Position numbers and translations under genes: made by a program. The notes under the pieces were generated by a model. The model saw only the letters and a program-made list of their open reading frames with translations, searched no databases and was not told the DNA's origin. DNA of 64,000 nucleotides from contig OX337230.1 of assembly GCA_946965045.2 (NCBI GenBank), positions 2,294,001 to 2,358,000 on the forward strand, given 5' to 3'. Positions 24,058-35,800 of this stretch are shown one piece after another; the first letter of the stretch is position 1, and every line of letters starts with the position of its first letter. Source of the DNA: Epithemia pelagica (taxonomy: Eukaryota; Protista; Bacillariophyta).

Positions 24058-25011
24058 TCAGTTGTTTTGGGTCTTCTTGCGTGGTTCTTTGTAGGGTTTG
24101 CCTTCGTAGCGACGAGTGAGATCCACTTTGTTTCGTATCGCCTCTTCGAAAAAGGGATCGTGTTTCATTCCAAACGTATCTTCCAACGCCAGCAACACTG
24201 CCCGAGCCGTACAAACGGTGGAAGCATCACGCCCACGACACCGCCTCCTCAAGGGTTCAATCCAGGAATAAGAAGACGACTCGGAGGAGGCTCCTCTACT
24301 TCTTGTGGGTGATACTGCCAAGCGAGGATAGGGAAGTTTGCGGACCATACGACGGGCTTGATCCCATGTCCCCTCTACCGCAATGAGCACAATCTTGTCT
24401 TTGGACTGAGACCCATCACAAAACGCTGTAGAATCCCATCGCTTGATTTCCTTTTGGGGTGGTGTAGAGTTCTTGTCCTTGTTGTTTTTGCCTTTGTCGC
24501 TCGGATTGCCCGGAAGTTCAGGCCACAGTACAATGGGTTGAACCACTGTACCGTCGTCGGGATGGAGCAATTTTTGTAGATTTTCTTCATGAAGCCCTTT
24601 CATGAAAATGTGTGTGTCTTGCAGTAATAAGGGAAGAAGCGAGCCCGTATTACTGGGTGATGCCCATTCGTCGTGATGGGTCCAAACAACCACATTTCGA
24701 ACCGGTAGAGCAGTCTTTGTCCGTTTCGCAAGGTCTGCACAACAGCAAATGGGTAAAAACGAGAAGCATTTGCGGCAGACAAAGGGATCTTTGCCGCGAT
24801 CCCAACGATGTTGACAAATAAGACGATGTCGCATGGAACCGTCGGTAGTGGATGCCATCTTCTCTTGCAAGCGTTCCACAGCTGCCTCATGAGACGCACG
24901 ACGCTCCTCCACTTGTTCCATTGTCAAGCCCAGAAGCTTTGCGAAGCGATCTGGAGAAGATACCAGGTGTGAAAGACTGTCGTTTGGGTCACCGGCCGCC
25001 GTTGCCGACAT
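24058..25011 (-). CDS. DTW-domain protein (tRNA aminocarboxypropyltransferase, DTWD2/TapT-like)
   Basis: Zn motif CRKCFSFLPICCC, then VWTHHDEWASPSNTG, LIAVEGTWDQARRM (DTW motif as EGTW) and STVCTARAV. The ORF extends upstream to 25209. Confidence 0.8.
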   Translation of the reverse strand: MSATAAGDPNDSLSHLVSSPDRFAKLLGLTMEQVEERRASHEAAVERLQEKMASTTDGSMRHRLICQHRWDRGKDPFVCRKCFSFLPICCCADLAKRTKTALPVRNVVVWTHHDEWASPSNTGSLLPLLLQDTHIFMKGLHEENLQKLLHPDDGTVVQPIVLWPELPGNPSDKGKNNKDKNSTPPQKEIKRWDSTAFCDGSQSKDKIVLIAVEGTWDQARRMVRKLPYPRLAVSPTRSRGASSESSSYSWIEPLRRRCRGRDASTVCTARAVLLALEDTFGMKHDPFFEEAIRNKVDLTRRYEGKPYKEPRKKTQNN

Positions 25012-25627
25012 GTCAGTAGTGGCGCCATCCGGATGGGAACAAACGCGTGAAACACCGCGCCGTGGATCGGATGGAATCGGCAATTCATTTCCTGACGATA
25101 TCAAGGAACGGCTCGAATTCTGCGTCCTATCAGAACAAACACATGTGCGGACAAACGCTTCTCGCCACTGCGCCGAAAAGCCTGCAAGTTTGAGCGGCCA
25201 TCGTTTCATGGTCTCACAGGGAATGATCCTCTCTTTCGCGACTTCCGACGTGAATTATGAGTCAGTCGCACAAAATCTGTGTGCCATAATCATTTCTATG
25301 CCACTGATGGCTGCTACCACCTACCACAGCTTTTTTGCTCGGGACTACAGAAATATTCACTTTGGCGGGACTACGCCTGACCCGAGATATGATCCGATCT
25401 TCGATTCCTGCTTTATGTCATGTCAATACTCCTTGTCAACTGTCAACTTGTCTCAACATACTTAATCAACTACTGGATGTGGTGTACTTTCCCAACGATA
25501 CGTGCATAGAGAACATAATTTATCCCAAAACTACACGCAAATTTATCACTAACTGATACGTTGTTCAACGATATCAAGCTGTTCGATCGAGAGAAACAAA
25601 TATGTAATGAAGCTCATTAAGGGGACA

Positions 25628-28600
25628 CTAGGACTGTCTCTTCTTTCGTCGACGGTTCTGTTCATTCCCACGGTCTTCCTCTTCTCTCGGATCCATTGAC
25701 ATGCCAGATTCCACATGATCCATCTTAAGCCACTCTGTGGGCGACTCAAAATTGTATTGACCTGCAGACATGAAGAGAGAAAAGGGAGGCGTTGAGAAAC
25801 ATGGATTAAAGCGTACAAAAGAAAAGAGGAAAAAGACGAGTGGGCAATGAAAAACGCTGATTTCACTAAGAAAGACTCGTTCAAAACTTCCAATGTCCGT
25901 ACCATTGAAAACAAAGAGAACTGTGACTGCCTCTTCCTCCATATCATACAAGTTCGGTAGCAGCTTTGGCGTAATCAAAAAGTATTGTCCTGTATGCGAT
26001 CTCAGGTCTCCAGGTTTTGGTGCTTTTGTGGAGTTCTCAACAATTCGTTTGAACACCAATCGCTCGTTTCGATCATCCAAACCTTGATTGATTTCGTCGA
26101 CACAACGAAATGGCGCTACCATCATATCTTGAAGGGCCATTAGGTACATGATTGTGGAAACAGATCTCTCTCCACCCGACTGAACCTTTGCGGATAACAC
26201 TTGTGCCTTGGTGCCTTCTCGAAAGCTCACCATGATTTCAATGCCCCAATCTTGAAAATTCGCGGGTCGACCTTGAGCATCCGGTTCTCCCTGTTTGAGC
26301 CGGACTTCGCCGGTACATCCCATTTCTGCCATGTACGTCTCAAAGAGAGCGTTGATTTTGTTGATATTAGTCTGCAGCTGAGCTTGCCATGGTTCCCGTT
26401 TCTGTTCCATATCTCGTTCCTTGATTGCACGTGACTCCCTGGCATCGTCAAGTTTTTCCTGAAGTTCTTTCTGTTCTTCAACCTTCTTCAAATATTGTTG
26501 AATCACTTGTGGATTTGCATGGATCTCGTTAGCCTGTTGCTCACACTCTTCAATTGCAGCATCCAAGTCCTCCAAAGTATCTAGATTCTCCATCGCCTCA
26601 AGTCTTTCTCTGAGCGGCGTGGGATTCCCATTTTCGTCTTCAAGGGGTGCTACATGAAGTGCTTTTTCACGCGTTTCTTTAAGCTCTGCTCTTTTCCGGT
26701 TGTACTCATCGTTTACACGAATGGCATCATTCTTCACTTGTTCAAAGGTTTGGTTCATCTCCTCCAGCTGCGCCCGCACCTTGCGTTCTTCTACAATGGT
26801 TTTGGTTTTCTGGAGTTGAACAATCGCATGTTCTCGAGTGTGTCTCAAGAACAATCGTGATGCCTTGTCAAGTGCATATGTCACAGCAACGCTGGCGGAC
26901 GACCGCTGTTTCAGTTTTTGGGCAAGTTGAGCCTTTTCTTCGACAATTGTATGTGATAACTTGTCTAGCTCTTGTTGGCACTTGTCACGCTTTTGTTGAG
27001 CTTGATTGTGCTTTGCAACAAGCTTGGAGAAGTTGCTCTTCTGATCCACCCAAGCGCGGTATTGTTGATTCAGCTCTTGCACGTTGCCTTCAAATGAGTC
27101 CTTCTCGGTTCGTGCGGTTGCAAGTTGTGGTCGCAAAGGTTGGAGTTGGTCATGAACTTTATCCAGTTCCTGCTTCAGTTCCAGGGCTATTTGATTGGAT
27201 TCGGCATTGTCCGATTGAAGAAAAGAGGCTTGTTTCACTTGATCGATACGAGTACTGGGCTTACCACTGTATTCCGAAATGCGGCTGGTATACTTGAACA
27301 GTTGATTAGATGAATTGGAGCAGCAAACAGTACAGCTTTGTAGTCCTGATGCGGTGGAAATTTCTGGGTCGCGGTTGGAAAGTGTCGTCAAAAGTCCTTG
27401 AGAATCGATGCAGTCTTGCGTTTTGTTGGATCCACTTAAGACGCTGTGAATACCCGACTGAGTGCGCAAACATTGAAGAATGGGCGCGGGCGCGGTAAAG
27501 AGTTCATCCAAGAAACCAGCAATTCCATAATTCCTCTTGAAGCTTTCCATGAGATGACGCCCATACGGTCTCTTGATTTCAGCATCGACTCGATCAACCA
27601 TGAAAATGTTAATAGGGATATTACGCTCTTGTCGGACGAGACGGTAAAGTAAATCTTGATCTTGTTTCGTTTCTACAACAAACCCTTTCCATATACCATT
27701 GGAAACATGTTGCTCCAGGAAAGCCGCATGATGCTTTTCAGTGCCTGGTTTTGGTGCAATTAGGCACGCCACAGGTCCGTGTACAGGTTTGCGGAATTCG
27801 GAGGCATGTTGATGTACCAACTCGGTGATTTGTTTCAGCTGAGGAAACTGGGCGTACACAGCTCGTTCTTGTTGCAATTTTGCGTTTTCTTGTTTCGCCA
27901 ATTTGCTTTGCAAATGCTGAGCATTGTTCTCCAAATCCTGAAGTTGCTGCTCCAGTTCTCTCAAATGCCGAGCCGCCTGTTGTGCCGCTTTCCGAGCTTC
28001 GGAGAAGGCATTCTTGCTTTCCATCACTTTTTCGTCTAGATCTTGAGGATCCAAATTGGCCTTCTCCATCAAATCTTTGTACTTCTGGACATTCTCAACT
28101 TCCGTTTGTAGGCGCAACTTTAAATCTTGACGACGATTGTCCAGGTCAGCCACGTCGGAAAAGGTAGTTTCGATCTCATCGTCGTGTGCCGCAAATTTCT
28201 TTTCTTGCTTTTCGATTTCCTTCATCTGAACGCTCTGTTCATGGCTGGACTTCTTCTCAGCATTTTCGAGGTTTTGACGCTCGCGAGTCAATGTTTCTTC
28301 TTTCTCCTTGAACGGTTCCAGAGAAGCCTGCACTTCTTTAATGCGTTCGCGGTGTTGTTTCCGCTCTTCTTTGAGTTCAACCGCTTTTGCTTTAATTAGA
28401 TCTACTTCCGTCCAGATCCGTTTCTGCTTCAGTAGTTCCATTTGCTGCAAGGCGCGTTCTCGTTCTTCTAGTTTTTCCTTGGCACGTTCCAGGGACGTAA
28501 GGTCGCGCGTGATAGCCTCGAGCTTCTTTTCCAAAAGCTCAACTTCTCCAGCACTCCCTCCACCATTTCTTGCATCATTCAGTTCCGCTTCAGCTTCAAT

Positions 28601-29390
28601 GAGTGACATGTGAGTTTCATACAAATGCTGACTACTGGTGAGTGTCTTTTCTGTCTCCATGAGCAGTTCTTGTTGTGTCAAGCCACTGAAACTTCCAACT
28701 TTATCTTGGGGCAAAAAGGTACACAAATTTCCCAAGGTGATATGAAATTCCTTTTGCACCTTCTCAACCAATTGTTCTCTAGACACTTGTTCCCCATTGA
28801 TAAAAAACGATGAAGCTCCTCGTCCACGTCCTCGTTCGGTGCCTTTGTTGCGATCAATGGCACGCCCAAACACAGTTGTGGAATCGTTTGGGCCATCGTC
28901 GTTGTCGGGGTTCTGTAGTTCGATTTCGATCGTGGCCAAGTCCTCGCCATGTTTGATGAAGGACCGAGCATCGTCAGCGCGACCCAAGAGCTTTGGTTCG
29001 CCACCCAATCCAAGACATATCGCATTCAGCACGGTGGATTTGCCTGTTCCATTGGCCCCTACGACCATATTCAGACTGAAGCAAAAAGTGAGAAAAACAA
29101 GCATTCAAAGCATCAGGAAGCACCAAACGTAACCCAATAAGGTCGACCTTCATGCCTGATCATTCGACGATTTGAACACTCTGACACAACAACTTTGAAA
29201 CCTACCGTGGACCAGGGCAAAAGTCCACCGCTTCATACGTGAGAAAGTTGGTCAACTTGATGCGCCGAATAGAGCCTGGACGATAGTCACCAACCAAGGC
29301 CAAATGTTCATCCTCCGTTTCTGGAACACCTGAAGTTCGTCTCTTTTTCGCGGAACTCGTAGAGTCCTTGTCCTCATCGTGATCACTCAT
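25628..29390 (-). CDS. SMC5: Structural maintenance of chromosomes protein 5, 3 exons
   Basis: GSIRRIKLTNFLTY, Walker A VGANGTGKS, LGNLCTFLPQDKV, signature QSGGERSVST, FRCVDEINQGLD, QYFLITPKLL. Introns 29076-29205 and 25762-25902 (the latter in-frame, 141 nt). Confidence 0.95.
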
Positions 29391-30409
29391 TCTACGCGTT
29401 CAGCATTCTCACTCTCGACTTTTCTCGTTCCAACAACAATCATTGCTCGATGGCGATGGATCTTCCACCGAAGGCCGTCCGCGCCGGTCTCTCCCTATCT
29501 GATTTTTGCCGCGTAAACTCTATCGGCTACGAGTCGAAGATTCATATATATTGGTTAATATGTTAGGAGAAACTATATCGGTAGTAGTTAGAAATGGCGC
29601 GCACCAACGACCAGCGCGCCAGAGCAGCACCGCGAGCCCATCTCACAATCAACGGAGAACGGAAAAAAGGGAGGAGAAAAAAAGACAAGAAGAAAAAGGA
29701 AAAACGAAAAAAGAGGAAGAATTGCCTCCCAACTCTTTCATCTGCATCTTGCGGTTTTTTTTCTTTTTCCTCTTCTTCTCTTCTTCTTCTCCATCGTCTG
29801 GAGGTGAGTCTTCAACTGTATCGAATGGTTTTCTCACTCCACACCGAACTGGCAGTTTGATGATGAAGGTGAGCTCTTAATGATTGAAATGACTGATGAC
29901 ATTTTCCCATGCCACAGGCATTTTTTGTTGTTGTTCTGCTCTCTTGCCAAGAAATGAGAGTTTGTGCCGAATGGCACGATTATATTGTGCTGTTCCGCAC
30001 ATGCCACCATTCGCAAAATTTGCTAGATTGTTGTGCCAAGACTCTAGCTGACTCTCACATTGGTAAGGGATATATTCAGAGAGCCCATGTTTGATATATA
30101 GTAAATTCTAAATTGATAGACTATCCTAGGCCCGTGACATACACAGGTTGGACTCGTCTAACGCGGCCTGGGCGACGGATTTATTGAAAGAGTGAGCAAA
30201 TAGTAGGTGGTGACAATGGGAGTACGGACATTGGAGCAGGAGAGAGCCCATGTTTGAGTTTGGATGTGGCTTGATCTCGTGGTACATTTTTTTCAGTGGG
30301 AGTGGGTCGGAAGTTGGGGAAATCGGCCCTACTATGCACAATCAGGGTTTTGTGGCAAAAAACTAGGTCTCTAGGGTATATTGTACTCCTAAGGAACTTT
30401 TCCCAAGTT

Positions 30410-30439
30410 TCCAAGGGGTACCCCCTAGCGGGGGTGAGT
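30410..30439 (+). repeat. Left TSD (TCCAAGGGG) plus left TIR of the AcademH-like element
   Basis: Read directly: tccaagggg|TACCCCCTAGCGGGGGTGAGT. Confidence 0.92.
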
Positions 30440-30777
30440 CATGAGGATTAGTGAACCAGATCTGGTGAGCATTCTCTATCTCACCCCCAAGGCGCGACCT
30501 TCAAAAATTGGCGATTTCCCAGTCCTGACACAAACACCAAACAACCACCACACACACACTACGGAGCAAATCTGGTTGTCGTCATATCGTCACCAAAGCA
30601 CCTTTGCACCTCCTTCCAAGACGTCAGCACCATTCCTCTTCCCTCTCAAGAACCTACGACGACGGCAGTTGCACCGGGAAACCCTCAAAGCGTCCGCAGT
30701 AACACGCCAAGTACCACCCCACTTCCCATCTACCATACCAACACGGAAAGCAATTGTTTCATTCTTCCAACAAAGCT

Positions 30778-32799
30778 ATGGCGTCGTACCAAAGGTCCCC
30801 AAGTTTTGCTGGCTATGCCTCCGAGCCACCCGAAGCCATTGAGTTGCTGGAAACTGCTATCAACAAGGGCTTTTTGCATTGGCACGGCAAAACTGCCCAC
30901 CAATGGCAAGTCGATACATGTAAAGCCCTTCTACACCGCCACACTGCCCCTGCCCCCATTCGTTCGCCTACTTTGCGTCCTCTCCTCCTTGTACGTTCTA
31001 CCGGAGGTGGGAAATCCTCCGTCCGCGACGTATGTGGTTTCCTTTGTGGCGGCATTACCGTGACAATTGTCCCATTACTAAGCTTGTCGGCCGATCAAAC
31101 CGCCAAGCTTATTGAAGTATGCACCAAGCAATATCTGCACAGCCGCGTCCATGTGTTTAATCTTGACGTGCTGCGTTCCCCTGACGTCAATATAACACTA
31201 CAGTCTGCACTCGAGCGACTTTCCAACAATCAATCAAACAAAAAAAGAGTCCTACTATTTTCTTCCCCACAGAAAATAGCCAACGACCGGTCTTGGCAAC
31301 GAACTCTTACCAAGTGTGCATCCAAGGGCGCTCTCCGCTTTGTTGCAATCGACGAGTGCCACTTGTACGCTGGCCACGGTGTCGAATTTAGGCAAGAGTT
31401 TGGCGAACTGAAAGCGGCTTTCCTTGACAAACTGGAAACGCATTCTCCAATTCCCATTCCCATTCTCTTTATGACGGCTACTGCCTCCCTGTCTATGGTC
31501 AAGGATCTTGAGTTTCTCACTGACCTCTCCTTTGATCGAACAAAGGACTTTGTCTGGCCCCACCAGCATTCCGGAGTCCATCGCCGGAACATCATGATTG
31601 ACTTGACTTTCAGAGACTCTCCTCTTCGTCGAGTTAAGTCGGACCTGGTACGCATCTCTCGGGTCCCCGGAAACCGTAAAATGATCGTTTATTCGAATTC
31701 AAGAAAGGCCATAATGCATTTGTATGAGCAAAGTCGGCAGGAGCTAAACCGTCGTGGAATCCACAAAGACATTGTTGTGGTCCACGGCAACATGTATAAA
31801 GAGCAGAAGTTTCACAACACCGAACTTTTTGCTGGACCGCCGTTGGTAGATGAGTGTCCTACTACAAGAAGGCTCCTACGCTTCGACCCAGTAGCCTACT
31901 ACGCCACTGCCGCAACAACAAGTGCGGGGCTGGATTGCCACGAAGTGGACCGGGTTCTATTCCATGGATTCCCTCCTACAATTGAAGACCTCCTACAATG
32001 CTCCGGTCGATGTGGACGAGCTCCTACTGCTACACCTTCAAACTCGTCATTTTGTATGGCCGTCTCGCTTAACAGTCTTGTGTCCTTGCTCAACAGGATT
32101 TTTATTCTACCCAAGTATGAAGCCGCTCGACAATCGAAACAAAACGACAAAGCCGACGATACTTTCCTCCAGCCCGTACGGTCTACCACCACCTCCCAAT
32201 TGCAGTCGTCGTCCTCTCCTTCTCTACTTGATCACGAGGCACTTGCGACACGACAATGGAACAATGTGTTGTCGGTCCTTGCTATTGTTTGCTTGGATGA
32301 TGGTTCATGCATTCATTGGGCCCTTGAGCGGACCATGTTGCACCCACTTCATCAGAAGACCTGTGACCTTGACTCGACTTGTGGGGGTGCCTGCTGGCGA
32401 TGTCGCATCCCGCGAATTTCGACTCCACTTGATGCACCGATTCATAAGGAACATTTTCGTGCACACCTCATTCAAATGTTTATCACTAGCAAAGTTTCTT
32501 CCGACAAACTCAACCTTCACAAAGATGTTTTCCTTAATACCATGATTGGGTTCGAGAGTCTTACATTGGATGGGAAACTGGAGCAACGCTTTGCCCAAGA
32601 TGTTCTGGGCCTAAACAACAACCGCACTGTCCGTCAACGAGCGAAGGCCCTTATCCTAAAATGCTTTGCAGCTCGTATACTCGAGCCAGATGTTGACGGA
32701 TTGCAACTACGAGTGAAATTGGGCTACTCATCCAACGGCAATCCACGTGTGAATGACGACCAATGTTGGAAGGGGTTTCAATTTCTACAGAACATGTAA
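30778..32799 (+). CDS. Transposon-encoded RecQ-like superfamily 2 helicase
   Basis: Q-motif HQWQ, motif I VRSTGGGKS, Ia VTIVPLLSLSADQ, II VAIDECH, III MTATAS, V TSAGLD, VI QCSGRCGR. RecQ-type Zn cluster C..CGGACWRC follows. Uninterrupted ORF inside the TIRs. Confidence 0.9.
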   Translation: MASYQRSPSFAGYASEPPEAIELLETAINKGFLHWHGKTAHQWQVDTCKALLHRHTAPAPIRSPTLRPLLLVRSTGGGKSSVRDVCGFLCGGITVTIVPLLSLSADQTAKLIEVCTKQYLHSRVHVFNLDVLRSPDVNITLQSALERLSNNQSNKKRVLLFSSPQKIANDRSWQRTLTKCASKGALRFVAIDECHLYAGHGVEFRQEFGELKAAFLDKLETHSPIPIPILFMTATASLSMVKDLEFLTDLSFDRTKDFVWPHQHSGVHRRNIMIDLTFRDSPLRRVKSDLVRISRVPGNRKMIVYSNSRKAIMHLYEQSRQELNRRGIHKDIVVVHGNMYKEQKFHNTELFAGPPLVDECPTTRRLLRFDPVAYYATAATTSAGLDCHEVDRVLFHGFPPTIEDLLQCSGRCGRAPTATPSNSSFCMAVSLNSLVSLLNRIFILPKYEAARQSKQNDKADDTFLQPVRSTTTSQLQSSSSPSLLDHEALATRQWNNVLSVLAIVCLDDGSCIHWALERTMLHPLHQKTCDLDSTCGGACWRCRIPRISTPLDAPIHKEHFRAHLIQMFITSKVSSDKLNLHKDVFLNTMIGFESLTLDGKLEQRFAQDVLGLNNNRTVRQRAKALILKCFAARILEPDVDGLQLRVKLGYSSNGNPRVNDDQCWKGFQFLQNM

Positions 32800-32834
32800 A
32801 CAATTGTCTTATTCCATATATAACTATATCTTGT

Positions 32835-35800
32835 TCAATTGTTCTGAACTGTCTTCTTATACAACTCAAATGCATCTAAAGCTTCGTCCAGTAGGTCGCC
32901 CTGCAACGTACCACTGTCATCTCTTTCCATCCAGCCAGAGTCCGGTCCATCGCTCTCCATTTTCTCCAGTCTAAGAAATAATCGGTGTCGTAGAAAATGG
33001 TGCTCTCTTTCTTTTCGTTGTGAGTCCCATTGCCTTGAAGTTATCACATTCTTTTCCGCCATTTCCTCTAAGGCCACACTGATTACATCTCTTGTAGCGA
33101 TCGAATTCATTTCTATCACTTTCATTCCTTTCACTCGGCCTTTTTCTTTCAACTCTTCACCTTTGCTTCCTGTCTTGTCTTGGATGTCGTCCCCCTCATC
33201 ATCGTCACTTCCTTCATCGTCTTCCTCTACAACATCCTCCATTGCTATATCCTCAGCTTGTGTTTCAAGAAATGGCTCTTCAGCCTCATGTGCACGTTGC
33301 CTATCACCTTCACCTGCTTCCTCATCATCATCCATTTCATCATCGTTAACTTGCTCCATATCGACCGGTATTGAATCCTGTTGTGCTCCACCCATCCCAT
33401 TATCGTACTCGTGCTCAATTTCAACTAAACAAGTGTCCTCATTTGAAAAATACGATGCCTCCTCGTCCTGTTTACTCTCTTCATCTGCCATGACTTGTGC
33501 AAGGTCTATTACAGACGTTTCCTCGTCGTCATTCTGGACTTTGTTCGAAGAGGCCTCAGTCGCCTTGTTGTCAATGGCCGTCTCCTTGTGACGACCCAAC
33601 ATGTCATGTACCTGTACCATCACATTTTTGTCTGTAGCATCGTCCTGTACTTTACCATTACCAACGCGGCGTATTTTTTTTTGGATTTGTAACGAGGTTG
33701 CATCCATTGCTTTCCAGAAGTGATTCTTATCCACTGCCATGTCTTCATGGCAACCAACATCGTGACACTTGGCTAAGGTCAACAGTTCCGTAACCAGGAC
33801 CCGGTTTAGTCGACTCATGGGGTTAGTGGTTTTCTTCTTCTGCTGTCCAGGGTCTGTCGTTTGTAATACTTGCTTCTCGTCTGTCTCGTTTCTCTGCTCC
33901 TTCAAGCGCTCGGCTAACTCGTACTCCCCATCCATTCTGTTCCGTGTATAAAATTCTACGAAATGCTTTGCTCGTTGGCACGAAGTGAACATTCGGGAAA
34001 CCTTAACGAAGGATGCCTCCGTACCATTGTGGTTCATTGCCTTGAAAAATGGCATGATGCGTTCCATGATTTGGTCCAACGCGCTTTCTTTCGTATTCCA
34101 TGATGGTGTGGAACCACGTTTTTGTCGCTTAGTTCGATTGACTCTAATTTGATGCAGCACGTAGTTGGGGAGTCTCTGATAATAGAGCTCGATGATGCGC
34201 AATTGTGTATTGAAAGAGTTTGATTTCTTTGCAATGTAGAAAACAGGGAGAAACTCAATGACCATACTCTCCATTGTTATGGAATCGCCCTGTTGCTCAG
34301 CTTCGTGGAACATAAGGTACTTCCTCATTATCAACAGGAAGTTACATGAAAAGACTGTAAGCCAGTCCTTGCTCTCACGGACTTGGCGACTCAAAAATTG
34401 TATGTACTCTTTTGCTATAGTTGTGGCCAGAGCTTCTTCCCTCCCACGATCGATGAACGAGTCCACTCTGTCTTGAGTGAAGCAACGAATCATAAAAGCG
34501 TCTATCATAAGACGGTCAAGTTCCTCAAAAACAATGACTGCAAGACGGTGGGCCTGACGGTAAGTTTGCGCAACATCATTGCCATCGATGCGTTTCCACT
34601 TCAGTCGGTGTTGAACACACTGAAGGAAACCCCCGTAAAAAAGACGAAATATGGAGTCTAACATGTGAAACCGTACATGTAGGTCCCCATTGATTGGGAC
34701 AACGCGATGTAGGACATGTGTAATTGCCATGGCCTGTTTATATGCCGCTCGAAAGGTCGAAGTTTTTGCGTCGCTAATGGCCATGAGGTCATCAAAAAAT
34801 TGGAACAGACGATCTATCGATAAACCGTCTCCAACAACGAAGAGCCACTTCTCTTCCCAATCCAAACCAGGCTCGTAGATACCACGATCCTCGTCCCAGG
34901 TTAGTAATCCGTGCAAGACCATAAAATCCAACAAAATTCCAGAAGCGCCAACCTTTGTAGTTTCATCTAGAATGGAGACTGGGAGCAGTAGCAATTCTGC
35001 CACTGGAGGTTCTCCTCGCCATTCACGCACAACACGACTTGGGAACTGACCAGCCAAATGGAAAAGACTCGCATCCCGTTCCTTCCTCCTCAATGTATTC
35101 ATGGCGCCAGCAATGGACGAGCGGACGTTGCTATACGCAAACTCATATGGTTGCAATGCGTAATCCATATCTTGTCGAATGGACCGACGTTTTGTGGATA
35201 GGAACCTTTTTATTGTCCCAAGTTCTCGACAGCACATGTAAATTTGCAAGTAGAACCGAACACGAGTGCCAGTACAGTCGAAAGGAGGCGCTGGTCCATC
35301 AGTTGGATTGAGGTTGCCAGTGGCAAAAGACCTGACCAATTGCGGTAAGCTGGACTGCTGAAAAACTTCGAAGGGAGGCATTTGGTATGGGGATGGAATA
35401 TCTTGTTCGATGTATGCCAGCTTTGGGCGATCAGATAGAAAGCATTACTTTGGGGAAACTTCGCCAAGTACATTTGCATAATGAACCTTGCTGTTACCCT
35501 AGTGTAGATTGCGCTTTGGCCTTGCTGAAATTGGAGGAGTCTCCCATCCTGTAAGTTGTCGAAGACGGCCATTAGAAAGGTAACCTTGCGCAATGACCGT
35601 CGAACTCTGGCATCGTAGGAATCTACCCATGTCTCTACCCTCCGTTCCATAGTTTGTTTGGAGACGGAGATACCAAACCAAACCGGAATCTGTGTGGCCA
35701 TTAATGAATGGCCACAAGCATACTGCGCAAAAGCAAAGACCGTTGCGAATGGTACCAAAAGATGATTGTTATGATTTCTGGCTCGGACAACAAATTGGAA

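Noticed and set aside
30778-32799. Cellular RecQ/BLM DNA-repair gene next to SMC5 as a repair cluster
   Set aside because: The helicase lies inside TIRs with a perfect TSD, so it is element cargo; adjacency to SMC5 is best treated as coincidence.
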